NCBI GenBank assembly: GCA_021735045.1
Contig: JAIPHU010000012.1
Location: 1-32,000 of the forward strand
Direction: 5' to 3'
DNA from: Candidatus Omnitrophota bacterium
Lineage (GTDB): Bacteria > Omnitrophota > Gorgyraeia > Duberdicusellales > 4484-171
DNA: 32,000 nt
The first letter of the stretch is position 1. Each line of letters begins with the position of its first letter. The notes under the pieces are model-generated. The model saw only the letters and a list, made by a program, of their open reading frames with translations. It had not been told where the DNA came from and searched no databases. A program made the position numbers and the translations under genes. Of the stretch, positions 21,872 through 30,582 are shown piece after piece.

Positions 21872-21998
21872 ATTGGTTAAGTGGTGGGTAGAATAATCAA
21901 CGATTTTACAAAGACAATCATCAACGAATATCCGAATCAATTACAAATGTACGAATATTCATAATCCCATTCGTATATTCGTAGGAGATTAGTAAATT
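21872..21998. repeat. Word-built intergenic element, copy B (upstream of ptsN)
   Basis: Its 5' module ATTGGTTAAGTGGTGGGTAG matches 20745-20764 at 18 of 20 positions. Its 12-mer AATAATCAACGA and 15-mer ATTCGTATATTCGTA are identical to those in copy A at 8386-8500. Additional ACGAAT words occur at 21924 and 21951. Confidence 0.7.
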
Positions 21999-22053
21999 CG
22001 ATGATTATCTGCATTCGCTAATGATAACTAATTAACCAGCTAACTAAATTAAT

Positions 22054-22524
22054 ATGGATATAGTCAGTTACCTAGATAAAGATAATATTGTTTTTGGCTC
22101 CAAGCAAAAAAATAAAAAAAGTGTCATTTCTTTTATGCTAGATAATTTAGTATCTTGTAGTAAATTAACTAAAAGAAATAAAAAAGACATTTTAACTACT
22201 ATAATTCAAAGAGAGGAGATGGGTTCGACTGCTATCGGCGGCAATATTGCTCTTCCCCATGCCCGGATCAATTCAGTTAAAAATATTCTACTTTCTCTAT
22301 GTATAGTTGAAGACGGAGTTGAGTTTGACTCACTTGATGAGAAACCAGTCAATATTATAGTTCTACTTCTTTCCAATAAGATGCAAGCAGGTATCCATCT
22401 TAAAGCTTTGGCTTTTTTAGCTAGAATGTTAAGAGATAAATATTTTGTTCAAGCTTTAAAAAAGACAAAGGATAGAGAAGAAATCATTAATTTATTAAAC
22501 AAGCAGCAACAGGCTGTGAGCTAA
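22054..22524 (+). CDS. ptsN: PTS EIIA component of the fructose/mannitol/Ntr family (PtsN-like)
   Basis: 156 aa with an active-site His context (GGNIALPHARI) and the size and pattern of EIIA-Ntr. No EIIB or EIIC gene is nearby. Confidence 0.75.
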   Translation: MDIVSYLDKDNIVFGSKQKNKKSVISFMLDNLVSCSKLTKRNKKDILTTIIQREEMGSTAIGGNIALPHARINSVKNILLSLCIVEDGVEFDSLDEKPVNIIVLLLSNKMQAGIHLKALAFLARMLRDKYFVQALKKTKDREEIINLLNKQQQAVS

Positions 22525-22531
22525 TTATCTG

Positions 22532-23797
22532 ATGAAAAAACTTGTAAAATTTATAAAGTGGTTTTACCCTGGATTACGGGTTAAAAGATGGGTAAGTTTA
22601 CTTTTAGTGAGCTTATTTTTTCTTATTTTTTCTGCTGTCCGTCTTTCTTTTGATACTATTTTTCTCCTAAAAGTTTTTGATATCTTTCTTTTAGTTATTT
22701 CTTTTGTGGGTGTGGCTGTAGGATTTTCTTCTTTGTTGCATAGTTTTTTCCAGGTAGTTTATCCTCAGAGCCGTCAGGGGATGATTGATTTAATATATGA
22801 GAAAAGATTTTTATCAAAAGGGCCTAAAATTGTAGCAATTGGCGGTGGAACTGGTCTTTCAACATTGTTGGATGGATTAAAGAAATATACCGCAAATATT
22901 ACAGCAATTGTTACTGTAGCTGATGAGGGAGGTTCTTCAGGCCGCCTGCGGGAAGAGTTTGGAATATTACCTCCTGGGGATATTAGAAATTGTCTTGTAT
23001 CTTTGGCTGAAACCCCTCAACTTATGCGAGATCTTTTTCAGTATCGCTTTAAAGAAGGACAAGGGATTAAAGGACATAGCTTTGGCAATCTTTTTATTAC
23101 TGCCATGACTCAAGTTAGCGGAAGCTTTAAAGATGCAATAAAAGAATCCAGTATTATTTTAGCTATAAGGGGAAAAGTCCTACCTTCTTCGCTTTTGAAC
23201 TTGCGGATTAAGGCTGATTATTTAGACGGAACAACTACTAAAGGTGAGGATAGAATTCCAAAAAATAAAAGTAATATAAAAAGATTACACCTGATGCCTA
23301 AAGATGCAAAATCTAATCCAGAAGCAATTGCCGCAGTAAACGAAGCAGATATAATAATTTTTGGGCCAGGTAGTTTGTTTACTAGCGTGATTCCAAATTT
23401 ATTAATTAAAGATTTACGTGATGCAATAGCACGGCGACAGGTGATGAAACTATATGTGTGCAATGTTATGACCCAAGAAGGAGAAACAGACGACTATACT
23501 GCTGCAGACCATCTACGGCAAATTGTTTCACATACCAATGACAATATTATAAATTGTTGTCTTGTCAACTCGGGTCGATTAACTTCAGATTTACTATCTA
23601 AGTATGCTCAGCAAAAATCATTTCCTGTTTTGTTTGACCGAAAAAGATTAAGAAAAATGGGTGTTTCCATTTATGAAGCAGATGTAATAAATAAGACTGA
23701 TTATCTAAGGCATAATCCTTATAAAACAGCTCGAGAAATAATTCGTATTTATAATAAACGAAGGAAAAAATGGCTAGGCTTGAGAAACAGGTTTTAA
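22532..23797 (+). CDS. yvcK: YvcK/CofD-family protein (gluconeogenesis factor / UDP-sugar binding) with an N-terminal TM extension
   Basis: The core blocks IVAIGGGTGLSTLL, AIVTVADEGGSSGRLREEFGILPPGDIRNCLVSLA and IIFGPGSLFTSVIPNLL are typical of the family. The first 90 aa or so contain two hydrophobic helices. Confidence 0.85.
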   Translation: MKKLVKFIKWFYPGLRVKRWVSLLLVSLFFLIFSAVRLSFDTIFLLKVFDIFLLVISFVGVAVGFSSLLHSFFQVVYPQSRQGMIDLIYEKRFLSKGPKIVAIGGGTGLSTLLDGLKKYTANITAIVTVADEGGSSGRLREEFGILPPGDIRNCLVSLAETPQLMRDLFQYRFKEGQGIKGHSFGNLFITAMTQVSGSFKDAIKESSIILAIRGKVLPSSLLNLRIKADYLDGTTTKGEDRIPKNKSNIKRLHLMPKDAKSNPEAIAAVNEADIIIFGPGSLFTSVIPNLLIKDLRDAIARRQVMKLYVCNVMTQEGETDDYTAADHLRQIVSHTNDNIINCCLVNSGRLTSDLLSKYAQQKSFPVLFDRKRLRKMGVSIYEADVINKTDYLRHNPYKTAREIIRIYNKRRKKWLGLRNRF

Positions 23798-24033
23798 TAG
23801 AAAGAAAACATGGGTTGCACGCAAGGCCTGCTACTTTGTTTGTACAGCTGGCTAACAAATTTAATTCATCGATTAAAATAAAACATCAAAAAGAAGTTGT
23901 TGATGGAAAATCAATAATTGCTATTTTAAGTTTAGGCCTTAATAAAGGGGCAAAGATTAAAATTATTGCTGAAGGCGAGGACGCTCAAGAAGCCCTAGAA
24001 GAGCTGGCAACATTTATAAAAGAAAATGGCTGA
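23770..24033 (+). CDS. ptsH: Phosphocarrier protein HPr
   Basis: 87 aa with the active-site His context KHGLHARPA and a Ser46-like context (DGKSIIAILSLG). It overlaps the end of yvcK by 28 nt. Confidence 0.88.
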   Translation: MARLEKQVLIERKHGLHARPATLFVQLANKFNSSIKIKHQKEVVDGKSIIAILSLGLNKGAKIKIIAEGEDAQEALEELATFIKENG

Positions 24034-24064
24034 GTTTAGCCGATAAATAAAACAGGGAGGAAAA

Positions 24065-25822
24065 ATGATTAAGCGCAAGGGGATAGTTGCTTCTGGTGGA
24101 GTAGGTATAGGAAAAACATACCTAATTAGAGAAGATGATCTTTTTGTGCCTAAAAAGAGTATTGCCTATAGTGAAATATCAAGAGAAATTTATAGGTTTG
24201 AAGAAGCTTTGATTAAAACTCGCCGCCAGATATCTAATATTCAAGAAAAAATATCAAAAGAAATTGGTTTTGACCATGGTAGAATTTTTGAAGCTCATTT
24301 TCTTGTTTTAGAAGATAGAGTATTAATAGAAGACGTAATAAAACAGATAAAAAATAATCGAGTAAACGTAGAGTATGCTTTTTCTCAAAGTATTAAAAAA
24401 TACATAGACACTTTACTTAAACTTAACGATGAATATTTAAGGGAAAGAGTAGTAGATATAAAAGATATCGCTCGGCGGGTAATAAAAGCTATGCTTAAAG
24501 AAAAAAGTGCAAAGTTGATGAGCCTAAAAGAAAAAAGAGTTATTGTGGCCCATGGCTTAACTCCTTCACAAGCTGCAGATATTCCTAAAGAAAAAGTAAT
24601 AGCTTTTATTACTGATGTAGGAGGAAGGACTTCTCATACTGCGATTATTGCAAGAAGTTTGGGAATTCCAGCTGTAGTAGGGCTTAAAGATATTACAAAA
24701 AATGTTAAAGAAGCAGATAATGTAATAGTCGACGGTTTTTCTGGTACAGTAATTGTCAAACCAACTAAAAAAACGCTTGATAATTATAAGAAAAAAATAG
24801 ACAGATACTCTAAAGAGATAAAAGCTGCTAAGAAGCCTAAAATTGGTAAAGCTGTTACTAAAGATGGCAGGCAGATAGATGTTTCTGCTAATATCGAGTT
24901 ACCTGAAGAACTGGGACTGGTTAAAAAATATGGAGCTGATGGAGTAGGGCTTTACCGGACAGAATATATTTTCTTGGGCAAAAGAGATCTTCCTTCAGAA
25001 GAACAGCAATATAAAGCTTATTTAAATGTTGCTAGAAAAAGCAAACCAGCACCGGTTATAATTAGAACTATTGATATCGGTGGTGATAAATTTTTATCCC
25101 GTTCTGATGTTCCCCAAGAGATGAGCCCGTTTTTAGGCTGGAGGGCAATCCGTTTTTGCTTAGCTCGTCCGGCTATATTTAAAGTTCAAATTCGCGCGAT
25201 ACTTAGAGCTTCAGCCGAAGAAAATGTAAAAATGATGTTTCCGATGATTTCAGGGATTGAAGAGCTGCTTCAGGCAAAAAAAATAGTTGCTAGTTGTAAA
25301 AAAGAACTAAAAAAAGAAAAGAAAAAGTTTGATGAAAATATAAAAATAGGAGCAATGATTGAAGTTCCTTCAGCAGCTTTAACTGCTGATATTTTAGCAA
25401 AAGAATGTGATTTTTTTAGTATTGGTACCAATGACTTAATTCAATATTCTTTAGCTGTAGACAGGGCAAATGAAAAAGTTGCTTATTTATATGAACCGGG
25501 ACATCCGGCAGTTTTAAGGTTAGTCAAAAACATTGTTGCAGATGCTCACAAAGCTAATATTTGGGTGGGGATGTGTGGCGAGATGTCAGCTGAGCCTACA
25601 CTAGCGTTTTTTCTTCTTGGCCTTGGCTTAGATGAATTTAGTATGCCACCGCCACAGGTATTAAAAATTAAAGAGTTAATTCAAAGGGTAAAATTTAGTG
25701 ATGCTAAAGCAGCTGCAGAAAAAGCGGTTAATTTTTCTACAGCTAAAGAAGTAGAAAAATACTTAAAAAGCAAATTGCGAAAAGTTTTAGATAAGGACTT
25801 TTTTAACTTTCTCAATGTATAA
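24065..25822 (+). CDS. ptsI: Phosphoenolpyruvate-protein phosphotransferase (PTS enzyme I)
   Basis: 585 aa with the phospho-His region GGRTSHTAIIARSLGIPAVVG, the PEP-utilising blocks DGVGLYRTEY and GTNDLIQY, and the MCGEM block. CAGGGAGG precedes the ATG. Confidence 0.93.
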   Translation: MIKRKGIVASGGVGIGKTYLIREDDLFVPKKSIAYSEISREIYRFEEALIKTRRQISNIQEKISKEIGFDHGRIFEAHFLVLEDRVLIEDVIKQIKNNRVNVEYAFSQSIKKYIDTLLKLNDEYLRERVVDIKDIARRVIKAMLKEKSAKLMSLKEKRVIVAHGLTPSQAADIPKEKVIAFITDVGGRTSHTAIIARSLGIPAVVGLKDITKNVKEADNVIVDGFSGTVIVKPTKKTLDNYKKKIDRYSKEIKAAKKPKIGKAVTKDGRQIDVSANIELPEELGLVKKYGADGVGLYRTEYIFLGKRDLPSEEQQYKAYLNVARKSKPAPVIIRTIDIGGDKFLSRSDVPQEMSPFLGWRAIRFCLARPAIFKVQIRAILRASAEENVKMMFPMISGIEELLQAKKIVASCKKELKKEKKKFDENIKIGAMIEVPSAALTADILAKECDFFSIGTNDLIQYSLAVDRANEKVAYLYEPGHPAVLRLVKNIVADAHKANIWVGMCGEMSAEPTLAFFLLGLGLDEFSMPPPQVLKIKELIQRVKFSDAKAAAEKAVNFSTAKEVEKYLKSKLRKVLDKDFFNFLNV

Positions 25823-25834
25823 TCGGGGGATAAT

Positions 25835-26893
25835 ATGAAAATTGATGAAATTAGAAAAAAAATAGACAAAATTGACGAAAAAATTTTAAAAGACCTAAAT
25901 CAAAGAGCCAAAGAAGTTTTAAAAATATCAAATTTAAAAAAGAAGAATAAAATAAGACGATATTCTCCTGAACGAGAAAGTAAAATTATCAGAAGATTAA
26001 ATAAAATTAATGAAGGACCGTTTAACAAAGAGGATATTCAAAATATATTTATAGAAATTCTTTCTGCGTCTCGTTCACAAAGAGAAGAGCTTAAGATAGT
26101 TTATCTTGGGCCCGAAGGTACCTTTACTCATCTAGCTGCTAGAAAGAAATTTGGAAAAAAATGTCAATACTTACCAGCCGAAGGCATATCTGATGTATTC
26201 TATAAAATAGAAAAGGATCAGGCAAACTTTGGAGTAGTTCCTGTAGAAAATTCTACTGAAGGAGTGATAAATCATACCTTGGATATGTTTTTTACTTCCA
26301 ATTTAAGTATTTGTGCAGAGGTTACTTTAAATATTTCCCATTTTCTTTTGGGAAGAACTAATTCTAAAATAAAAAGAATTTATTCTAATCCTCAGGTTTT
26401 TCCTCAATGTAGAAAATGGATTGCTAGGCATCTTGCTGATGCAGAATTGATACCAATGACTTCAACTGCAAAAGCTGCTCAGCAAGCTAAAAGTGACCGT
26501 TGGGGTGCTTGTATTGGAGGTAAAATCCTAGCTGATCTTTATGATTTAAAGATAATAGCTAGTTCAATTGAAGATCTGTCTTCTAACTATACAAGATTTT
26601 TAGTCATTGCCCCTTTAGATAGTGCTCCTTCAGGAAATGATAAAACTTCTGTATTGTTCTCAGTAAAAGATAAGGTGGGAGCTTTATATGATGTATTATC
26701 TACTTTTGGCCAGAATAAAATAAATCTTACAAAAATAGAATCTCGTCCTTCTAAAAAGAAGCCTTGGGAATATTATTTTTTTGTAGATTTAGAAGGCCAT
26801 AAGAGTTCAAAACGCCTTGAAAAAGCATTAGATAAACTAAAAGAACAATGTATTTTTGTTAAAGTATTAGGGTCTTATCCGAAAGAGAAATAA
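25835..26893 (+). CDS. pheA: Bifunctional chorismate mutase / prephenate dehydratase (P-protein) with a C-terminal ACT domain
   Basis: It has an N-terminal CM_2 helix (IDEIRKKIDKIDEKILKDLNQRA), a PDT core (VYLGPEGTFTH, VPVENSTEGVI) and an ACT region (TSVLFSVKDKVGALYDVL...ESRP). Confidence 0.9.
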   Translation: MKIDEIRKKIDKIDEKILKDLNQRAKEVLKISNLKKKNKIRRYSPERESKIIRRLNKINEGPFNKEDIQNIFIEILSASRSQREELKIVYLGPEGTFTHLAARKKFGKKCQYLPAEGISDVFYKIEKDQANFGVVPVENSTEGVINHTLDMFFTSNLSICAEVTLNISHFLLGRTNSKIKRIYSNPQVFPQCRKWIARHLADAELIPMTSTAKAAQQAKSDRWGACIGGKILADLYDLKIIASSIEDLSSNYTRFLVIAPLDSAPSGNDKTSVLFSVKDKVGALYDVLSTFGQNKINLTKIESRPSKKKPWEYYFFVDLEGHKSSKRLEKALDKLKEQCIFVKVLGSYPKEK

Positions 26894-26913
26894 TTAAAAT
26901 CATAAGATTAAAT

Positions 26914-28002
26914 ATGAAATACAGAAAAGAATTAGACAAAATCAATGCTTACAAACCAGGTAAACCGATTGAAGAACTAAAGCGCGAGAAAAAATTAACT
27001 AAGATTCATAAGTTAGCTTCTAACGAAATTCCTTTTAAACCAACCTATATTTATAAAGCGGTAAATAAAGAGTTAAAAAATATAAATCGCTATCCAGAAA
27101 GCTCCTGTTTTTACTTAAAAAACAAATTAGCGAAAAAATTAAAAGTAAAAACTAATTCAATAGTATTTGGCAATGGATCAGATGAAATTATTACTTTAGT
27201 GCTCCGTACTTTTATTGAAGCTGGAGATGAGGTTATTGTCGCTTCTCCTTCTTTTTTGATTTATGAGATACAAGCGCGTATTTTTGGGGCGAAAGTAGTT
27301 GAGGTACCTTTGAAGAAATATGCATATCACTTAAATGGTATTAGAAAAAAAATCACAAAAAAAACTAAAATTATTTTTATTGCTAATCCGGATAATCCTA
27401 CCGGGACCTACTTGGATCAAAATCAAATAAATAATTTTGTGGAAAAAGTACCAAAAAACGTGCTTTTGTTTTTTGATGAAGCTTATTTTGAATTTGCTCC
27501 CAATGATTTTCCAAAAACAGTTAAACTTCTAAAAAAAAGGAAGAATATTATTGTAACTCGTACTTTCTCCAAAGCTTATGGCTTGGCAGGTTTAAGAATT
27601 GGTTACGGGATAACTAATAAAAAAATAGCTGATTTGATTAACAAAGTAAAAGAGCCGTTTAATATAAATCGCATAGCTCAGGTAGCTGCGCGAGTAGCTC
27701 TAGAAAACAAAAGTTTTGTTAGAAAAGTTATTAATTTTACAAATAAAGAAAAAAGATATTTCTATAACCAATTTGATCAATTAGGAATTTCTTATATAAA
27801 TAGTGCAACCAACTTTATTACAGTCAATTTTAAAAAAAATACAAAAAAACTTTATCGGTATATGTTAGGCCAGGGTATGATAATTCGCGAATTAAGTGGA
27901 TGGGGATTAACTAATCATTTTCGGGTAACCATTGGTACTCATCTACAAAACCAAAAGTTTATTAAACTGCTAAAAGATTATATAGGGAGGAAAAAGAAAT
28001 GA
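26914..28002 (+). CDS. hisC: Histidinol-phosphate / aromatic aminotransferase (class II PLP aminotransferase)
   Basis: 362 aa with the blocks KLASNE, GNGSDEII, ANPDNPTG, the PLP lysine context RTFSKAYGLAGLRIGY, and RVTIG near the C-terminus. Confidence 0.85.
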   Translation: MKYRKELDKINAYKPGKPIEELKREKKLTKIHKLASNEIPFKPTYIYKAVNKELKNINRYPESSCFYLKNKLAKKLKVKTNSIVFGNGSDEIITLVLRTFIEAGDEVIVASPSFLIYEIQARIFGAKVVEVPLKKYAYHLNGIRKKITKKTKIIFIANPDNPTGTYLDQNQINNFVEKVPKNVLLFFDEAYFEFAPNDFPKTVKLLKKRKNIIVTRTFSKAYGLAGLRIGYGITNKKIADLINKVKEPFNINRIAQVAARVALENKSFVRKVINFTNKEKRYFYNQFDQLGISYINSATNFITVNFKKNTKKLYRYMLGQGMIIRELSGWGLTNHFRVTIGTHLQNQKFIKLLKDYIGRKKK

Positions 28003-29015
28003 TTATTGTTTTAAAAAAGGGCACAAAACAAAAAGATATTGATAGTTTACTTGAAAAGGTAAAAAGTTTGGGGCTTAAGCCGATGGTCTCACAAGGACAA
28101 GAGAGAACAATTGTAGGGGTGATTGGCCCTGAAGATGTTATCCGGCTTCAACCCTTGGAAGCTTATCCTGGTGTAGATAAAGTTATGCCAGTTTTAGCTC
28201 CTTATAAGTTAGTTTCTCGAGAGTTTAAGCAAGAAGATAGTGTAGTTAAGATAAGAGATTCAGTTGAGTTTGGTGCAAAAAAAGTAACAATTATTGCCGG
28301 CCCTTGTTCAATTGAGACAAAAGATCAGCTTCATCAAGTAGCAGAAAGAGTAAAAAAGACAGGAGGCTCTTTGCTCCGCGGTGGAGCCTTTAAACCAAGA
28401 ACTTCTCCTTATAGTTTCCAAGGATTAGGGCAAGAAGGTTTAAAAATTTTAAAAGATACATCTAAAGAGTTTGATATACCTACTGTAACTGAGGTTATGG
28501 ATACAAGAGATGTTGAACTTGTAGCTCGTTATGCAGATGTGCTTCAGATTGGAGCACGAAATATGCAAAATTTTAATCTCCTAAAAGAAGTAGGACAAAC
28601 AAAAAAACCAATTATCTTAAAAAGGGGTTTAACTGCTACGGTAAAGGAGCTGCTAATGAGCGCTGAGTATATTTTATCTGAAGGAAATTTTAATGTAATT
28701 TTGTGTGAAAGGGGGATTAGAACTTTCAGTGAATTTACCCGCAATACTCTAGACATAAGTGCTATTCCGGTTATCAAGATGCATTCTCACCTTCCGGTTA
28801 TTGTCGATCCTTCTCATGCTGCAGGCAAGTGGGGCTTGGTTAACCCTTTAAGCAAGGCAGCTGTAGCAGCGGGGGCAGATGGGCTTTTGGTTGAAGTTCA
28901 TCCTAACCCCAAAGAAGCTTTAAGTGATGGGCCGCAACAGTTATTACCGGAAAACTTTGATATTTTGATAAAGGAAACAAGACAAGTTGCCGAATCAGTG
29001 GGAAGAGAATTATAA
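27999..29015 (+). CDS. aroF: 3-deoxy-7-phosphoheptulonate (DAHP) synthase, type I-beta, with an N-terminal ferredoxin-like regulatory domain
   Basis: 338 aa. The N-terminal 70 aa or so (MIIVLKKGTKQKDIDSLLEKVKSLGLKP...) precede a KDO8PS/DAHPS I-beta core (IAGPCSIE, LRGGAFKPRTSPYSFQGLG, VIVDPSH). It forms an ATGA-type overlap with hisC. Confidence 0.88.
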   Translation: MIIVLKKGTKQKDIDSLLEKVKSLGLKPMVSQGQERTIVGVIGPEDVIRLQPLEAYPGVDKVMPVLAPYKLVSREFKQEDSVVKIRDSVEFGAKKVTIIAGPCSIETKDQLHQVAERVKKTGGSLLRGGAFKPRTSPYSFQGLGQEGLKILKDTSKEFDIPTVTEVMDTRDVELVARYADVLQIGARNMQNFNLLKEVGQTKKPIILKRGLTATVKELLMSAEYILSEGNFNVILCERGIRTFSEFTRNTLDISAIPVIKMHSHLPVIVDPSHAAGKWGLVNPLSKAAVAAGADGLLVEVHPNPKEALSDGPQQLLPENFDILIKETRQVAESVGREL

Positions 29016-29016
29016 T

Positions 29017-29041
29017 GTAGGGGCGAAGCTTGTCTTCGCCC
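29017..29041. repeat. GTAG-headed GC-rich hairpin (REP-like), copy 2
   Basis: It reads GTAG followed by GGGCGAAG-cttgt-CTTCGCCC, an 8-bp stem. It starts 2 nt after the aroF stop. The 12-mer TAATGTAGGGGC is shared with 12677-12688. Confidence 0.75.
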
Positions 29042-29055
29042 GATAAAATTAAAAA

Positions 29056-29907
29056 ATGGATCCAAAAAAAATGGATTTAAAAAAAATTAAAAAAGTCGGA
29101 ATTATTGGAGTTGGTTTCATGGGAGGTTCTTTAGCCTTAGCTCTTAAGAAGAGTTTTAGCAACTTTGAGATTATTGGACATGCTAGAAGTGATAAGGCAT
29201 TCAAAAGGCTCAAAAGAGCCAAAGTTGTAGACAGGATAGAAAGATCTGATAAAAAAATAGCTAAAGAGGCAGATATTTTAATTTTAGCTACACCAGTGGG
29301 AATAATTGTTGATTTTTTAAAAAGAATGGGTTCTTATTTAAAAAAGGGAGCAATTGTTTTTGATTTAGGCAGTACCAAAGAGGAGATAGAAAAAGTAGCC
29401 AAAAAAAATCTTCCTAAAGAAGTTTCTTTTGTAGGTTGCCATCCTTTTTGTGGTTCAGAAAAAAGAGGAGCCGAAAAAGCAAAACAAAATCTTTATCAAG
29501 GAGCTATATGTTTTATTACTTCAAGCAACAAAGCTTCTTATCTAGTCGAAAAAATTTGGAAAAAGGTTGGTTCCCGGGTTGTGAGAGTTGGCCCAAAAAC
29601 CCATGATAATATCACTTGCTTAACTTCTCACCTTCCTCATTTTATTTGCTTTTCCTTGATTAATGCTATACCGGATAACTACCTAGAGTTTAGTTCATCA
29701 GGGTTTGCTGATTTGACTCGAGTAGCATCTTCTTCGGGGGATTTATGGGCTGATATATTTTTAACTAATAAGAGCAAGATCTTAAAGCACATAGATAAAT
29801 ATAATCAAATTAGCAATAAACTCAAGGATTCAATTATAAAAGAAGATAAGAAAAAATTGAAACTACTAATAAAAAAAGCTAATAAAAAAAGAAATAAGAT
29901 TTTATGA
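29056..29907 (+). CDS. tyrA: Prephenate (or arogenate) dehydrogenase
   Basis: 283 aa with the Rossmann N-terminus KVGIIGVGFMGGSLALAL, the HPFCGSE block and the SHLPH block typical of TyrA-family dehydrogenases. Confidence 0.8.
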   Translation: MDPKKMDLKKIKKVGIIGVGFMGGSLALALKKSFSNFEIIGHARSDKAFKRLKRAKVVDRIERSDKKIAKEADILILATPVGIIVDFLKRMGSYLKKGAIVFDLGSTKEEIEKVAKKNLPKEVSFVGCHPFCGSEKRGAEKAKQNLYQGAICFITSSNKASYLVEKIWKKVGSRVVRVGPKTHDNITCLTSHLPHFICFSLINAIPDNYLEFSSSGFADLTRVASSSGDLWADIFLTNKSKILKHIDKYNQISNKLKDSIIKEDKKKLKLLIKKANKKRNKIL

Positions 29908-30551
29908 TTATAGCTATAGATGGCCCAGCTGGTTCAGGTAAAACTACAGTAGCAGAAAGGTTAGCTAAAAGATTAGGCTTTTTTTTTCTTGATACAGGGT
30001 CAACTTACCGAGCCTTAACTTATGCAGCTTTAGAAAATAATCTTAATTTAGAATCAGAAAAAGAGCTAACTGATCTAGCCGCTAGCCTAGATTTAAAAAT
30101 TGATAATAATAAAGTGTATTTAAAAAGTATCGATATAAGCAAAGAGATTCGTAAACCAAGAATAGATAAAAATATTTCAAAAGTTGTTGGTTTTATTGAG
30201 GTAAGAAAAGTAATGAATTCATTACAAAGAAAAGAGACTTTGGGGAAAGATTCTGTTGTCGAGGGTAGGGATATAACCACGGTGGTATTTCCTGATGCAG
30301 AATTCAAATTTTATCTTGATGCTGATCAAAAGATAAGGGCCAAAAGAAGAGTCCAACAGTTGCTTAAAGAAGGAGAAGTTGTTAATTCAGAAGAAGTCGA
30401 AGCTGATCTGGTAAAAAGAGATCAATCAGATAAAAATAGAAAAGTAGGTTCTCTTAAATTAACTAAGGAAACTCGTTATATCGATACGACCAATCTTTTA
30501 ATTCCAGAAGTGGTTGAGAAATTGTTTAGTATCGTCAGGCCAAAAAAATAA
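29904..30551 (+). CDS. cmk: Cytidylate kinase
   Basis: 215 aa with the P-loop IIAIDGPAGSGKTT, LDTGSTYRA and VVEGRDITTVVFPDA. It forms an ATGA overlap with tyrA. Confidence 0.9.
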   Translation: MIIAIDGPAGSGKTTVAERLAKRLGFFFLDTGSTYRALTYAALENNLNLESEKELTDLAASLDLKIDNNKVYLKSIDISKEIRKPRIDKNISKVVGFIEVRKVMNSLQRKETLGKDSVVEGRDITTVVFPDAEFKFYLDADQKIRAKRRVQQLLKEGEVVNSEEVEADLVKRDQSDKNRKVGSLKLTKETRYIDTTNLLIPEVVEKLFSIVRPKK

Positions 30552-30582
30552 GGGCATACCTTATTTCAATTAATAAAAAAAT

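Noticed and set aside
21728-22053. An integrated genomic island or prophage at tRNA-Gly.
   Set aside because: The direct repeats are only 132 bp apart and no integrase or cargo gene lies between them or next to them. At most this is a scar or a miniature element.
22923-23858. ORFs 22923..23108 (+), 23218..23463 (-) and 23598..23858 (-) within yvcK and ptsH.
   Set aside because: They are out-of-frame or antisense to conserved genes and have no independent support.
25681-30307. Antisense ORFs 25681..25869, 28544..28777 and 30020..30307.
   Set aside because: Each lies opposite a conserved gene (ptsI/pheA, aroF, cmk). They are short and have no motifs.
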